From: Patescibacteria group bacterium
GTDB taxonomy: Bacteria > Patescibacteriota > JACPGU01
Direction: 5' to 3'
Assembly (NCBI GenBank): GCA_041675145.1
Contig: JBAYUK010000002.1
Location: forward strand, 280,530-344,529
Length of the DNA stretch: 64,000 nt
How positions within the stretch are numbered: position 1 is the stretch's first letter; every line of letters starts with the position of its first letter. The position numbers were made by a program, and so were the translations under genes. Shown one piece after another: positions 42,396-51,931 of this stretch. Below the pieces are notes generated by a model, which saw only the letters and a list, made by a program, of their open reading frames with translations, did not search any database and was not told the DNA's origin.

Positions 42396-44963
42396 CTACA
42401 ACGAAAAGGCTTTCTCATTTACTGCTGTTATACCTGCCTTATCTGTCACGATAGCTTTAAGAGTGAATTTACCTTTAAGGGTTGAGGGAAGGGGGAGACC
42501 TTCAAGGTTGTATGGGGTAACTGCTACCTCACCGATCTTCTCCTCACCGAGGAAGTATTCCACCTTTGCAATGTCCTTTGGCGCAATTACAGATACCGTT
42601 ACAAAGAGCTTACCGTCTTTAACTAAGTCGGTTGCCTGGCTGGTAATAGAAATGGTAGGACGGTCTTTAGCAAGATCTGAACAGTCAGACTTTTCTGTCG
42701 GTACATTATTGAGTCCCGCAGCTTTAGCCCAGTTAGTAACCGCATCTTCCCATGGCTTGTAGTTTGGCAAGATTGAATGGTATTCAAAGAAGATTTTGTT
42801 TTCAGTGAGATCCACAGGACACTTGTCGTCTGCGAGCTTTAATGGTTGTCCTTCAGGAACTTTAACGACACGAACAATCTTATGTACATCGTCATGAGTA
42901 GTTGGTTCTTTTCCTTTTATAAAGTACGCATCCACGATAGGGAGTTTGTCTGCTAACTCTGGTGGGATATTCTCTAGAGGTAACTTACCAGTAAGGGCAT
43001 CGATCTTAACCGTGGTAATTCCTGGTGTGATGTTGAACTGCTCAACCGGAGTTCCAGCCAGCACCTTTCGCATATAGCTGTTCCAGATTGGAGCAGCAGC
43101 CATGGCACCACCACCACGCACCATAGGGGAGTTGTCGTTGTTACCAACCCATACTCCTGTCACAACACTTGGTGTGTAGCCAACAGTCCATGCGTCACGG
43201 TATTCGTCTGTTGTACCAGTCTTCACTGCTACCGGGCGACCAGGAAGTGTAAGAGGGCCACCAAGGCCAAAGATCTCAGCACGAGCAGCATCATCCGATA
43301 GTACATTGGCGGTAAGGAACGCGACATTCTCGTCGAGTACCCGAACTGGCTTGTGTTCATCTGCTTTGTATTCGTAGAGGCTCTTTCCAGACCCGTCTTC
43401 GATTTTGAGGATTGAGACAGGGTCGGTATGCATACCGTAAGTTGCAAATGCAGAGTATGCATTAGCGAGTTCAAGAAGCTTTACATCTCCACCTCCTAGT
43501 ACCAGTGAAAGGCCATAGCGTTGTGGGTCAGTTAGAGAGGTAAGTCCCATCTTGCGTGCAAGAGAAGCTGCTTCATCTACTCCCACTAGGTTGAGAGCCT
43601 CGACAGCAGGAATATTGAGTGAGTTCTGAAGTGCACGGCGTACGGTAACAGGACCTCTAAAGTGTCCGTCATAGTTTTGTGGTTTGTAGTTACCAAAGTC
43701 TGTTTCTACATCCATCAGCATCGTGGTCGGGGCATAGCCCTTGTCGAATAGGGCAGCGTAGATGATCGGCTTCAAAGACGAACCTGGCTGGCGCAGACGA
43801 GTAGCTACATTCACGTTACCGTCGTTTTCGGTATTGAAGTAGTCAACAGACCCTACCATAGCTAGCACCTCACCGGTTTTTGGATCCATAGATACGAGGC
43901 TCGCGTTTTTTGCTCCCAGCGCGTTAATGTTCTTAACAGCAGCTGTTACTGACTCCTCAGCAATCTTTTGTTTGTCTAGATCGAGGGTAGTAGTAACAAT
44001 AAGGCCACCTTCTTCGAGTCGTTGTTCCCCGTATTGTTCTGCCAGTTTTTCTCGTACATACATGACGAAGTGAGGAGCGAGGATTCCGGTGTCTTTGGCT
44101 TCAAATTTAATCACTTCTTTTTTGGCAGCTTCAGCTTCATCTTTTGTGATGAGATCAAGACTTACCATCTGGTCCAAGGCATAGTCCTTACGACGCATCA
44201 GCGCATCAGTATTAGAACCATACGGGTTATAGTAGGTAGGTGCTTGCGGAAGGGCCGCAAGGAGAGCTGCTTCTGCCAGTGACACATCTTTTACATCTTT
44301 ATTAAAATATGTCTTAGAGGCTGCTTCTACACCATAGGCGTTGTTGCCATACGGAATCTCATTTAGGTAGAGAGAGAAAATCTCGTTCTTGTTATATATA
44401 CGCTCCATTTCAATAGATAAGATAAGCTCCTTAATCTTACGAGAAATGACCTGGTCAGACGTAAGAAGGGCTCGTTTTACATACTGCTGGGTAATAGTTG
44501 ACCCTCCCTGAGTGGAGTCACGGTTGAATATATTGAAAATAGCAGCTCGTAAAATACCCTTCAGGTTAAAGCCTGAGTGCTTGTAAAATTCCTGGTCCTC
44601 GAGGGCAATAGTTGCTTTCTTCACTGAATCAGGGATGTCTTCAAACTTTACCAAGGTTCTCTTTTCTTCACCATGGATCTCGTAGAGGAGCTTTCCGTTA
44701 CGGTCAACGATTTTACTCGACTGTACGGCAGTCTGGTTGTTGATCTTGTATGGATTTGGTAAATCCCGGCTAAACCATGCGAAGAGGGTAGCAGTCAGCA
44801 ATACAAAAACAAGCACGGTATATATAGTGGCCTTCTTCCAGGAAACATCCTGCAGGAAACCAGGAAGGCGAAGAAGCCCTTTTTTATTCGAGTAGCCAAA
44901 ATACGTGCCAGCAACTTTCTTGCGACGACGGAAAAAGATTGATTTACGAGGTGGTTGATACAT
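42396..44963 (-). CDS. Class A penicillin-binding protein (PBP1A family) with a C-terminal Ig-like domain
   Basis: EDQEFY.H.G, QGGSTITQQ, RKIKE, RQPGSSLK, SLN, KTGTT. Confidence 0.95.
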   Translation of the reverse strand: MYQPPRKSIFFRRRKKVAGTYFGYSNKKGLLRLPGFLQDVSWKKATIYTVLVFVLLTATLFAWFSRDLPNPYKINNQTAVQSSKIVDRNGKLLYEIHGEEKRTLVKFEDIPDSVKKATIALEDQEFYKHSGFNLKGILRAAIFNIFNRDSTQGGSTITQQYVKRALLTSDQVISRKIKELILSIEMERIYNKNEIFSLYLNEIPYGNNAYGVEAASKTYFNKDVKDVSLAEAALLAALPQAPTYYNPYGSNTDALMRRKDYALDQMVSLDLITKDEAEAAKKEVIKFEAKDTGILAPHFVMYVREKLAEQYGEQRLEEGGLIVTTTLDLDKQKIAEESVTAAVKNINALGAKNASLVSMDPKTGEVLAMVGSVDYFNTENDGNVNVATRLRQPGSSLKPIIYAALFDKGYAPTTMLMDVETDFGNYKPQNYDGHFRGPVTVRRALQNSLNIPAVEALNLVGVDEAASLARKMGLTSLTDPQRYGLSLVLGGGDVKLLELANAYSAFATYGMHTDPVSILKIEDGSGKSLYEYKADEHKPVRVLDENVAFLTANVLSDDAARAEIFGLGGPLTLPGRPVAVKTGTTDEYRDAWTVGYTPSVVTGVWVGNNDNSPMVRGGGAMAAAPIWNSYMRKVLAGTPVEQFNITPGITTVKIDALTGKLPLENIPPELADKLPIVDAYFIKGKEPTTHDDVHKIVRVVKVPEGQPLKLADDKCPVDLTENKIFFEYHSILPNYKPWEDAVTNWAKAAGLNNVPTEKSDCSDLAKDRPTISITSQATDLVKDGKLFVTVSVIAPKDIAKVEYFLGEEKIGEVAVTPYNLEGLPLPSTLKGKFTLKAIVTDKAGITAVNEKAFSL

Positions 44964-45066
44964 ATTTTAAATGGAACTAGTAAATAAGAGATATATCCGG
45001 AAGAGACGGTTATTTACAATTATATACCATAAGGGTAAAATCAGGAAGAGGTAACACAATAATTAT

Positions 45067-46257
45067 ATGAAAAAAATTACAGATCGTGAAATAGATTCAC
45101 TGCTCGCAGGGTCTGAGGAGACCCCTACCAGAAATAGCCTGATTAAGAAGCTCAAAAGTGGCAAGAAACTTCGTATTAAGTATGGAGTGGACCCTTCAGG
45201 GACGGATCTGCATATTGGACATGCGGTAAACTATGAGAAGCTGCGACAGTTTCAAGAACTGGGGCACCAGGTAGTCTTTGTTATTGGTGACTTCACTGCT
45301 CGTTTTGGTGACCCAACAGATAAGGGAACGATGCGTACTATGAAGACTAAGAAGGAAACTATGGCGGCAGCCAAGAACTATCTTAAGCAGATTGGTTCTA
45401 TTATTGATCTTAAAAAGACTGAAGTACGATACAACGGAGAGTGGTACGACAAAATGTCAGCAGAAGACCTGGCTCGTCTTATGAGTCGTTTTACTCATGC
45501 ACAGCTCATCCAAAGAGACATGTTCCAGCGCCGTATGGCAGATGAACAAGAAATCGGGATGCACGAGATGATCTACCCGATTCTACAAGGGTACGACAGT
45601 GTGGTACTAGAGGCAGATATTGCGTTATCTGGATCTGACCAGCTTTTTAATGAAATGCAGGGAAGAAAGCTCCAGGAACAATACGGCCAAATTCCGCAAG
45701 ATATTATTACGATGCCTATTTTACTAGGTACGGATGGTCAGTTGAAGATGGGGAAGAGCAATAACAACTATATTGCTTTAAATGATAGTGCCGACGATAT
45801 GTTTGGAAAAGTCATGTCTATTCCAGATCAACTCATGCCCCAGTACTTTAGATTACTTACTCGTATTTCAGATAAACAAATGAGCGCATATATTGAGGCT
45901 GTAGAGAAAAAAGAGAATATGCGTGAGATCAAGTTTGTGCTCGCTACTGAAGTTACGAAAAACTATCATGGCGAAAAGAAGGCAGAAGCAGCAGGGAAGC
46001 GGTTTAATGCCGTCTTTCGAGATAAGCAGATGCCCAGCAACATGCCAGAAGTTACTTACGACCTTATTCCAACAGGAGTAGTGGAGTTCGTACACGGCCT
46101 TGGGATAACTACTTCAAAGGGTGAAGCTCGTCGCCTGATCGAACAAGGAGGCTTGTCCCTAGATAGCGCGAAAATCACAGATCCCAAGGCTGTTATCACC
46201 CCACACAAGGGGATGGTGGTACAGGCCGGTAAAAAGAAATTCATCAAAATCAAATAA
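45067..46257 (+). CDS. tyrS: Tyrosine-tRNA ligase
   Basis: GVDP..DLHIGH, YPILQGYDS, KMGKS, C-terminal S4 domain. Confidence 0.96.
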   Translation: MKKITDREIDSLLAGSEETPTRNSLIKKLKSGKKLRIKYGVDPSGTDLHIGHAVNYEKLRQFQELGHQVVFVIGDFTARFGDPTDKGTMRTMKTKKETMAAAKNYLKQIGSIIDLKKTEVRYNGEWYDKMSAEDLARLMSRFTHAQLIQRDMFQRRMADEQEIGMHEMIYPILQGYDSVVLEADIALSGSDQLFNEMQGRKLQEQYGQIPQDIITMPILLGTDGQLKMGKSNNNYIALNDSADDMFGKVMSIPDQLMPQYFRLLTRISDKQMSAYIEAVEKKENMREIKFVLATEVTKNYHGEKKAEAAGKRFNAVFRDKQMPSNMPEVTYDLIPTGVVEFVHGLGITTSKGEARRLIEQGGLSLDSAKITDPKAVITPHKGMVVQAGKKKFIKIK

Positions 46258-47870
46258 TGCAAAAGAATATTGAGAAGGTAATCTCCGATGTAATCATAAA
46301 GCTCTATAAGCTGAAGGGTATTTCAGTTGACTTAACTGTGCCTTCAAATACATCCCATGGGGACTTCTCAACTAATATTGCTTTCGCTCTAGCAAAGAAA
46401 CTTGGCAAGAATCCCAGAGACATTGCAGGGGAGTTAGCTACCGAGCTATATACGAGAAGAATATTTACTAAATGCGAGGTGGCAGCTGGCGGTTTTGTTA
46501 ATTTGTTTTTAGGGGATATTCTTTTTGCTCAGACAGTGGCGGATGTTATCAAAAAGAAAGACCATTACGGATCATCTACTTTAGGTAAGAAACAAAAGGT
46601 TCAGGTTGAGTTCATCTCGGCTAACCCTACAGGACCGCTTACACTGGGAAACGGTCGCGGAGGATTTTCTGGAGATACGCTAGCACATGTCCTTAAAAAG
46701 GTAGGGTACGATGTTACCCGCGAGTACTATGTGAATGATGCCGGGCACCAGATAGAAGTTCTCGCAAAAGCAATTAAAAAGTCATGCAAACTCCCGTATC
46801 CTGAAAAAGAAGGGGAAGATATCTATGGTGGACCATATATCGATGAACTAGCGCATCAGATCAAAAAGAAGAAGGGACTTAGGTTCCTTGAGAAAGAATA
46901 CATGAAGGTAGGGGAACTGGCATCTCAGATGATCTTAAAGGATCTTATTAAGAAGGATATCAAAAAGTGTGGCATTAACTTTGATACCTTCTTTAGTGAA
47001 AAAAGTTTGCATACATCAGGGCTCATTAAAAAGACTTGGCAGTACTTGATAAAACAGCACGCTATTTATGAGAATGAGGGAGCGGAGTGGTTGAAAACCA
47101 CCAACTTCGGCGACGATAAAGATCGTGTTGTACAAACGAGCGAAGGTCAGCCCACTTACTTTATGGGTGACCTCGCATATCTCTATGAGCGGTTCCAGAT
47201 GCGTAAGTTTAAAAAGATCATCATGATCTTAGGAGCAGACCATCATGGGTATGTGGGACGTATTCAGGCAGGTTCAGCTTTAATGGGTCATCCAGGAGAT
47301 CTCTCAGTACTCATTATGCAGCTGGTACGGGTTATCCGTGACGGCGTTGAGGTAAGGATGAGTAAAAGAAAGGGGACTTTCATAACCTTGACTGAAGTAG
47401 TGGACGAGATCGGACTAGACGCTGCTCGCTACTTTTTTATATCTAGAGATCTAAATACCCATATGGATATTGATCTAGATATTGCCAAAGCAAAGAACAA
47501 CAAGAACCCAATCTTCTATATCCAGTACGCAAGTGCCAGGATTAACAGCGTAATGGATAAGGCTAAGAAACAAAAAACAAAAACTAGAAATAATAAAGGT
47601 AGCTACGAGTATAGCGAATACGAGAAGACTCTTATTAAACAACTGATGCAATTCCCAGTAATAATTGAGGAGATTGCAAGTAGTCATCAAGTATACCGCC
47701 TTGCACACTATACCTATGAGTTAGCTTCTGCTTTCCATAAATTCTACGATACCAGTCGTGTACTAGGAGATCCTAATGAAACTATCCGTCTAGATCTAAT
47801 CCGTGCTACTCAAACAGTATTGACTGAGTCACTGGGGCTTATGGGGATTAAGGCAGTTAAGAAGATGTAG
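46257..47870 (+). CDS. argS: Arginine-tRNA ligase
   Basis: GDFSTN, EFISANPTGPL, GADHHGY, MSKRKG, YIQYA.AR. Confidence 0.96.
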   Translation: MQKNIEKVISDVIIKLYKLKGISVDLTVPSNTSHGDFSTNIAFALAKKLGKNPRDIAGELATELYTRRIFTKCEVAAGGFVNLFLGDILFAQTVADVIKKKDHYGSSTLGKKQKVQVEFISANPTGPLTLGNGRGGFSGDTLAHVLKKVGYDVTREYYVNDAGHQIEVLAKAIKKSCKLPYPEKEGEDIYGGPYIDELAHQIKKKKGLRFLEKEYMKVGELASQMILKDLIKKDIKKCGINFDTFFSEKSLHTSGLIKKTWQYLIKQHAIYENEGAEWLKTTNFGDDKDRVVQTSEGQPTYFMGDLAYLYERFQMRKFKKIIMILGADHHGYVGRIQAGSALMGHPGDLSVLIMQLVRVIRDGVEVRMSKRKGTFITLTEVVDEIGLDAARYFFISRDLNTHMDIDLDIAKAKNNKNPIFYIQYASARINSVMDKAKKQKTKTRNNKGSYEYSEYEKTLIKQLMQFPVIIEEIASSHQVYRLAHYTYELASAFHKFYDTSRVLGDPNETIRLDLIRATQTVLTESLGLMGIKAVKKM

Positions 47871-47879
47871 ATACTTGAA

Positions 47880-48656
47880 ATGTTCCAGCCAAAAACAGAT
47901 AAAATCCAAGTTATATCTGAAGGTAAAAAGCAATTGATAGATCAGTTGGAGAGTATTTTTGACTTAAGAACTAAAGTATATATAGACTATGCTAATGTTA
48001 GGCCATGGAGTAACAAACTAGGATGGCATATTGACCTTAAGCGACTCAAGCAGTTCCTTGATTCATTCACTACGGTTGAGTCCGTTAATTTTTATAATGG
48101 ATATCTGGAAGAAGACGAAAAATCAAGAATAGAGCAGGCTATCTTAAAAGAGAGTAACTATGTTTTATGCACAAAACCGGTTAAGGTAATGAGGTTTTCT
48201 ATAGATACATCCAGTATTCCAAGCGACTCTACTGCATTACTGGATCACTTTGTTAAGAGATCTCTTTTAAGGAGATATGAAATAAAGACAGTTGAGTACC
48301 TTAATGATAGGTTTAGAGATATGAACGCACGAGGTGAGCTTTATATTGAGGATAGAAAATGCAACTTTGATGTGGAAATAGGAGTTGATATGTTATTGGA
48401 CAGTGAAAGAGATAGTGCGGATAGCTTTGTGTTATGGAGTGGAGATAGTGATTTTGCAGATCCGGTAAAACGACTTATTGAATCTGGCAAGAAGGTGGTT
48501 TTGTTTGCTACAGCACGTAGAATTTCAAAAGAGTTAGCTGACCTCACGTCAACTGGGTTATATATTTTTGATATCCAAAAGATAAAAGACTTTATTTGTT
48601 GGAAAAAAGAAATGGGATGCAAAAAGGACCCCGGTAAAGGGGCCCTCAAGCTCTAG
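47880..48656 (+). CDS. NYN (LabA/DUF88, PIN-like) ribonuclease
   Basis: VYIDYANV, KCNFDVEI..D, LWSGDSDF..V..L..GK.V, S.EL. Confidence 0.9.
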   Translation: MFQPKTDKIQVISEGKKQLIDQLESIFDLRTKVYIDYANVRPWSNKLGWHIDLKRLKQFLDSFTTVESVNFYNGYLEEDEKSRIEQAILKESNYVLCTKPVKVMRFSIDTSSIPSDSTALLDHFVKRSLLRRYEIKTVEYLNDRFRDMNARGELYIEDRKCNFDVEIGVDMLLDSERDSADSFVLWSGDSDFADPVKRLIESGKKVVLFATARRISKELADLTSTGLYIFDIQKIKDFICWKKEMGCKKDPGKGALKL

Positions 48657-48677
48657 AGTCAGCGATCTTTCGATCGT
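48621..48677 (-). ncRNA. Candidate ~57-nt small RNA antisense to the NYN gene 3' end
   Basis: Own promoter, 5' hairpin CGAUC-GAAA-GAUCG, terminator GGGCCCC-UUUACC-GGGGUCC-UUUUU. Confidence 0.6.
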
Positions 48678-48683
48678 GAACTA

Positions 48684-48712
48684 AGTATAGCACCAATGTG
48701 TATATTTGTCAA
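48684..48712 (-). promoter_or_regulatory. Near-consensus sigma70 promoter on the minus strand
   Basis: TTGACA (48712-48707), 17-bp spacer ending in TGC, TATACT (48689-48684). Confidence 0.8.
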
Positions 48713-48729
48713 TTGGCTCTAATAGGCCA

Positions 48730-49608
48730 CTATTGCGTTGGTGTGGATAATTTCAGTCTTCTTGAAGACTTATGAAAATCACGCCATGCATCGCCCTTTT
48801 TAGATATACGAGCAAAGATATTTTTGATAGTAAACTTCTGAGGATGCATGCCGGGTTGCGCTAACTCCTTCCAGGTAATTGGGGTGGCAACCGGTGCACC
48901 TGCTAGAGCGCGAAGGGAGTAAGGGGCAATGCCGGTCTGGGCATAGGAGTTTCTCAGGTAGTCTATAAAGATCCGTTTACCACGGTTCTTTTTTTGCATC
49001 TGGGTTGTATATTGTGAAGGGTATGTATCGGCTAGGCTCTGGGCAATTTCTTTTGCCCAGTTATGAACATCATCAAAGCTATGTTCAGGTTTAACGGGGG
49101 CAACAATATGGTATCCACGAGATCCTGTTGTCATAACAAAAGGGACCAGGCCATGTTCTTCTAGTATACCTTTCAGTCTCACGGCTGCTAACTTTAAAGA
49201 AGAGGTGTTGTTGCTTGTGGGATCAAGGTCGAAGATGACTTTATCTGGGTAGTTAAGTTTTTTCTTATTAGAAAGCCAGGTATGGAAACAAAGTACTCTT
49301 TGGCTCGCCAGGTATACGAGGTCTGAGGCTTTGTGTAGTAAGACTAGATCTTCTTTCTCATTTCTGCCCTTAAGGGTAACAGTTACTCTCTTAATAGAGC
49401 TAGGGAAGTAACTAGGTACTTCTTTTTGGTAGAAGCCTGCTTGGGTAATGTCTTCTGGGAATCTCTGCATTACTGTTGGTCTTTCCTTGGCGTGGGCAAG
49501 TAGATAGGGAGCAACCTTTTCATAATAAGAGACAACCTCTTTTTTGGTGATTGTATCCTTGGGATACATCACAGCGGATCCATGTGGTATCTCTAATTTC
49601 TTTTGCAT
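48730..49608 (-). CDS. Stand-alone LigD polymerase (AEP primase-polymerase) domain
   Basis: RFP, FYQK, FDLDP, TTGSRGYH, IFIDYLRN..QT..APYSLRA. Confidence 0.92.
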   Translation of the reverse strand: MQKKLEIPHGSAVMYPKDTITKKEVVSYYEKVAPYLLAHAKERPTVMQRFPEDITQAGFYQKEVPSYFPSSIKRVTVTLKGRNEKEDLVLLHKASDLVYLASQRVLCFHTWLSNKKKLNYPDKVIFDLDPTSNNTSSLKLAAVRLKGILEEHGLVPFVMTTGSRGYHIVAPVKPEHSFDDVHNWAKEIAQSLADTYPSQYTTQMQKKNRGKRIFIDYLRNSYAQTGIAPYSLRALAGAPVATPITWKELAQPGMHPQKFTIKNIFARISKKGDAWRDFHKSSRRLKLSTPTQ

Positions 49609-49696
49609 AAAAAAAGTATACCAGATAATTCTACTTGCAAATACCAGGAGAAAAAAACTACAATAAGGTCAATACTAGACTAAAGAAGGGAGAATT

Positions 49697-50224
49697 ATGG
49701 CAGAGAGTCAAGGACATATGACGTATTACATTGTAGCGGTTGTGCTCGTAGTGGGTCTTGCAGCTGGTATGTATTTGATCCAGAAGAGTAACGCAGCAGG
49801 GGTAAGTGCTGAAGTGAAGTCACAAGAACAAGTTGCGGCAGACCAGAAGGCAGCCAAGGAGCTTAAATTACAGGAAAATGTAACTCAACCAACTATGACA
49901 GCACTAACACATGAGGTTCTTACGGAAGGTAAGGGAGTAGCGGCTAAGAAAGGTGATACAGTGACCGTAAACTATACCGGTACCTTCACTAATGGTAATA
50001 AGTTCGATTCATCACTTGATGCTGGTCGTGAGCCATTTGTTTTCACGCTTGGAGCAGGGCAAGTAATTAAAGGATGGGACGAGGGAGTAGCAGGTATGAA
50101 GGTAGGCGAGAAGCGTAAGCTTATGATTCCTTTCGCTCTGGCATATGGAGAAAGTGGATTTGGTCCTATCCCGCCAAAAGCAGACCTTGTTTTTGAAGTC
50201 GAGCTACTTAAAATTGGGAAATAA
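49697..50224 (+). CDS. Membrane-anchored FKBP-type peptidyl-prolyl isomerase
   Basis: [34 protein letters not shown]. Confidence 0.95.
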   Translation: MAESQGHMTYYIVAVVLVVGLAAGMYLIQKSNAAGVSAEVKSQEQVAADQKAAKELKLQENVTQPTMTALTHEVLTEGKGVAAKKGDTVTVNYTGTFTNGNKFDSSLDAGREPFVFTLGAGQVIKGWDEGVAGMKVGEKRKLMIPFALAYGESGFGPIPPKADLVFEVELLKIGK

Positions 50225-50225
50225 T

Positions 50226-50621
50226 ATGTCATACCAAACTAATATTGTAGAAAAGACAGAAGGTAATACGAACTTTAGAACCGTTCTTTTTACAGGAAAG
50301 AAGTCTCAGTTGGTTGTTATGGATATCAAGCCAGGGGAGGAGATTGGAGAAGAAACTCACGACCATGTAGAGCAGACTCTTTTCTTTCTTTCAGGGACTG
50401 GTAAGGCAATTCTTAATGGAGTAGAGTCAGTTGTCTCCGAGGGTGAGGTAGTAGTGGTTACTCCTGGTACTAAACATAACTTCATAAATACTGGAGATAC
50501 CTCTCTTAAGGTGTATACCATCTATGCACCAGCCAACCATATAGACGGGCGCATCCATGTAACACCTGCTGACGCGATGGCAGATGATGAAGATGAGAAC
50601 TTCGGACATGCAGTTGTCTAA
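50226..50621 (+). CDS. Cupin domain protein
   Basis: EIGEETH..EQ..FF.SG.G, PGTKHN; start reassigned to 50226. Confidence 0.9.
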   Translation: MSYQTNIVEKTEGNTNFRTVLFTGKKSQLVVMDIKPGEEIGEETHDHVEQTLFFLSGTGKAILNGVESVVSEGEVVVVTPGTKHNFINTGDTSLKVYTIYAPANHIDGRIHVTPADAMADDEDENFGHAVV

Positions 50622-50650
50622 TAAAAAAGAGCCCAGAAGGGCTCTTTTTT
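50622..50650. terminator. Bidirectional terminator
   Basis: aaaaaagagccc-agaa-gggctctttttt. Confidence 0.85.
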
Positions 50651-50673
50651 AGTGCGCACATAATTACAATGTA

Positions 50674-51771
50674 TTATTTCAAACGAGTCATAGTAGCTAA
50701 GCGAGAAAGCATAATAACATCGTTACTTAAAATTTCGCCATTACCGTCCATGTCTCCAAGGTTCAGATTCATAGGAATTGAACCAGTAGACATTTTAGCA
50801 AGCACGGTGACATCTTCACTATCGAGCTGACCATTCTGGTTCATGTCTCCCTTAAATAGCTGGTTTAGGAGTACTACATCGTTAACCATTACCTTGCCGT
50901 CATTATCCATATCGGCAAGTAATAGGTTTGGAGTAGTGTATCCTGCTGCTTGAGAAAGCACAGCAAGAAGATCCGAGCGGTCAATTATTCCGTCCTGGTT
51001 CATATCTCCCTTGAGTTTCTTATCTAGTAGGACAACATCATTAACCATAATCTTCCCGTCGTTGTCCATGTCTCCAAGGACAAGGTTAGGAGTAGTGTTG
51101 TTAGCGGCCATTGAAGCAAGAATAACGAGGTCCATCTGATCGATCTTACCGTTCTTATTCATGTCTCCCTTTGTTGCGTTAGCGCGGACAATGTTTTCAA
51201 CAATGACTGCGTCATCGATGTTTACAAAACCATCGCCGTTAATATCTGCTGCAAGGTCGGTAGGGATAAGCTGGGCTGACATCTGAGTGATCATAACAGC
51301 ATCCTCAGTGGTAACCTTACCATCTTTGTTGATATCGCTCTTAGCAAGGTTTGCTGCGTTAACGATACCTTTTACCAGAACAACATCAGAATCAAGAACC
51401 TTACCATCACCATCCATATCTGCGCGTCCAGTATCAACTGGAGCAAGACCGAGGGACATTTTAATCATAAGGGCTACATCAGCATCGGTAATCTTTCCGT
51501 CCTGAGTTACATCACCCTTTAAAGGGATAATGATAGCTGCCTGACGAGTGGGAGTAGTTTTAACGGGAGTAGGTTTTGAGGTTACGGCTTTTACTGGTGC
51601 CTTTGCCTTTACTACTGGCTTCGCAGGAGTTTTGATCTGTGTTACAACGGGCTTTTTGTTCGAGTAGTTAAGACGAACAGTTGCCGCCTGAACAGCAGAA
51701 AATGGGGTAGCAAGTACTCCCAAAACAACAGCTGACAGAACGATAGCACTAGTTATATTTGGACGAATCAT
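50674..51771 (-). CDS. Secreted protein made of five tandem dockerin-like domains
   Basis: Signal peptide, Pro/Lys linker, ten GD.N.DG.(I/V)...D loop-helix repeats. Confidence 0.85.
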   Translation of the reverse strand: MIRPNITSAIVLSAVVLGVLATPFSAVQAATVRLNYSNKKPVVTQIKTPAKPVVKAKAPVKAVTSKPTPVKTTPTRQAAIIIPLKGDVTQDGKITDADVALMIKMSLGLAPVDTGRADMDGDGKVLDSDVVLVKGIVNAANLAKSDINKDGKVTTEDAVMITQMSAQLIPTDLAADINGDGFVNIDDAVIVENIVRANATKGDMNKNGKIDQMDLVILASMAANNTTPNLVLGDMDNDGKIMVNDVVLLDKKLKGDMNQDGIIDRSDLLAVLSQAAGYTTPNLLLADMDNDGKVMVNDVVLLNQLFKGDMNQNGQLDSEDVTVLAKMSTGSIPMNLNLGDMDGNGEILSNDVIMLSRLATMTRLK

Positions 51772-51868
51772 GTGTGTATGCCTCCTAGTTAGGGTGGTTA
51801 GTATTACCTACATACTAGCACAATATATGACAAATGTCAATAGATATAACTATAATATGGCCTAAATG

Positions 51869-51898
51869 CCTAAAAAGCCCCGGATGGGGCTTTTTAGG
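51869..51898. terminator. Bidirectional terminator
   Basis: cctaaaaagcccc-ggat-ggggctttttagg. Confidence 0.85.
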
Positions 51899-51931
51899 TA
51901 GCATTGTAGATATTATACCGTTAGATCTTTC

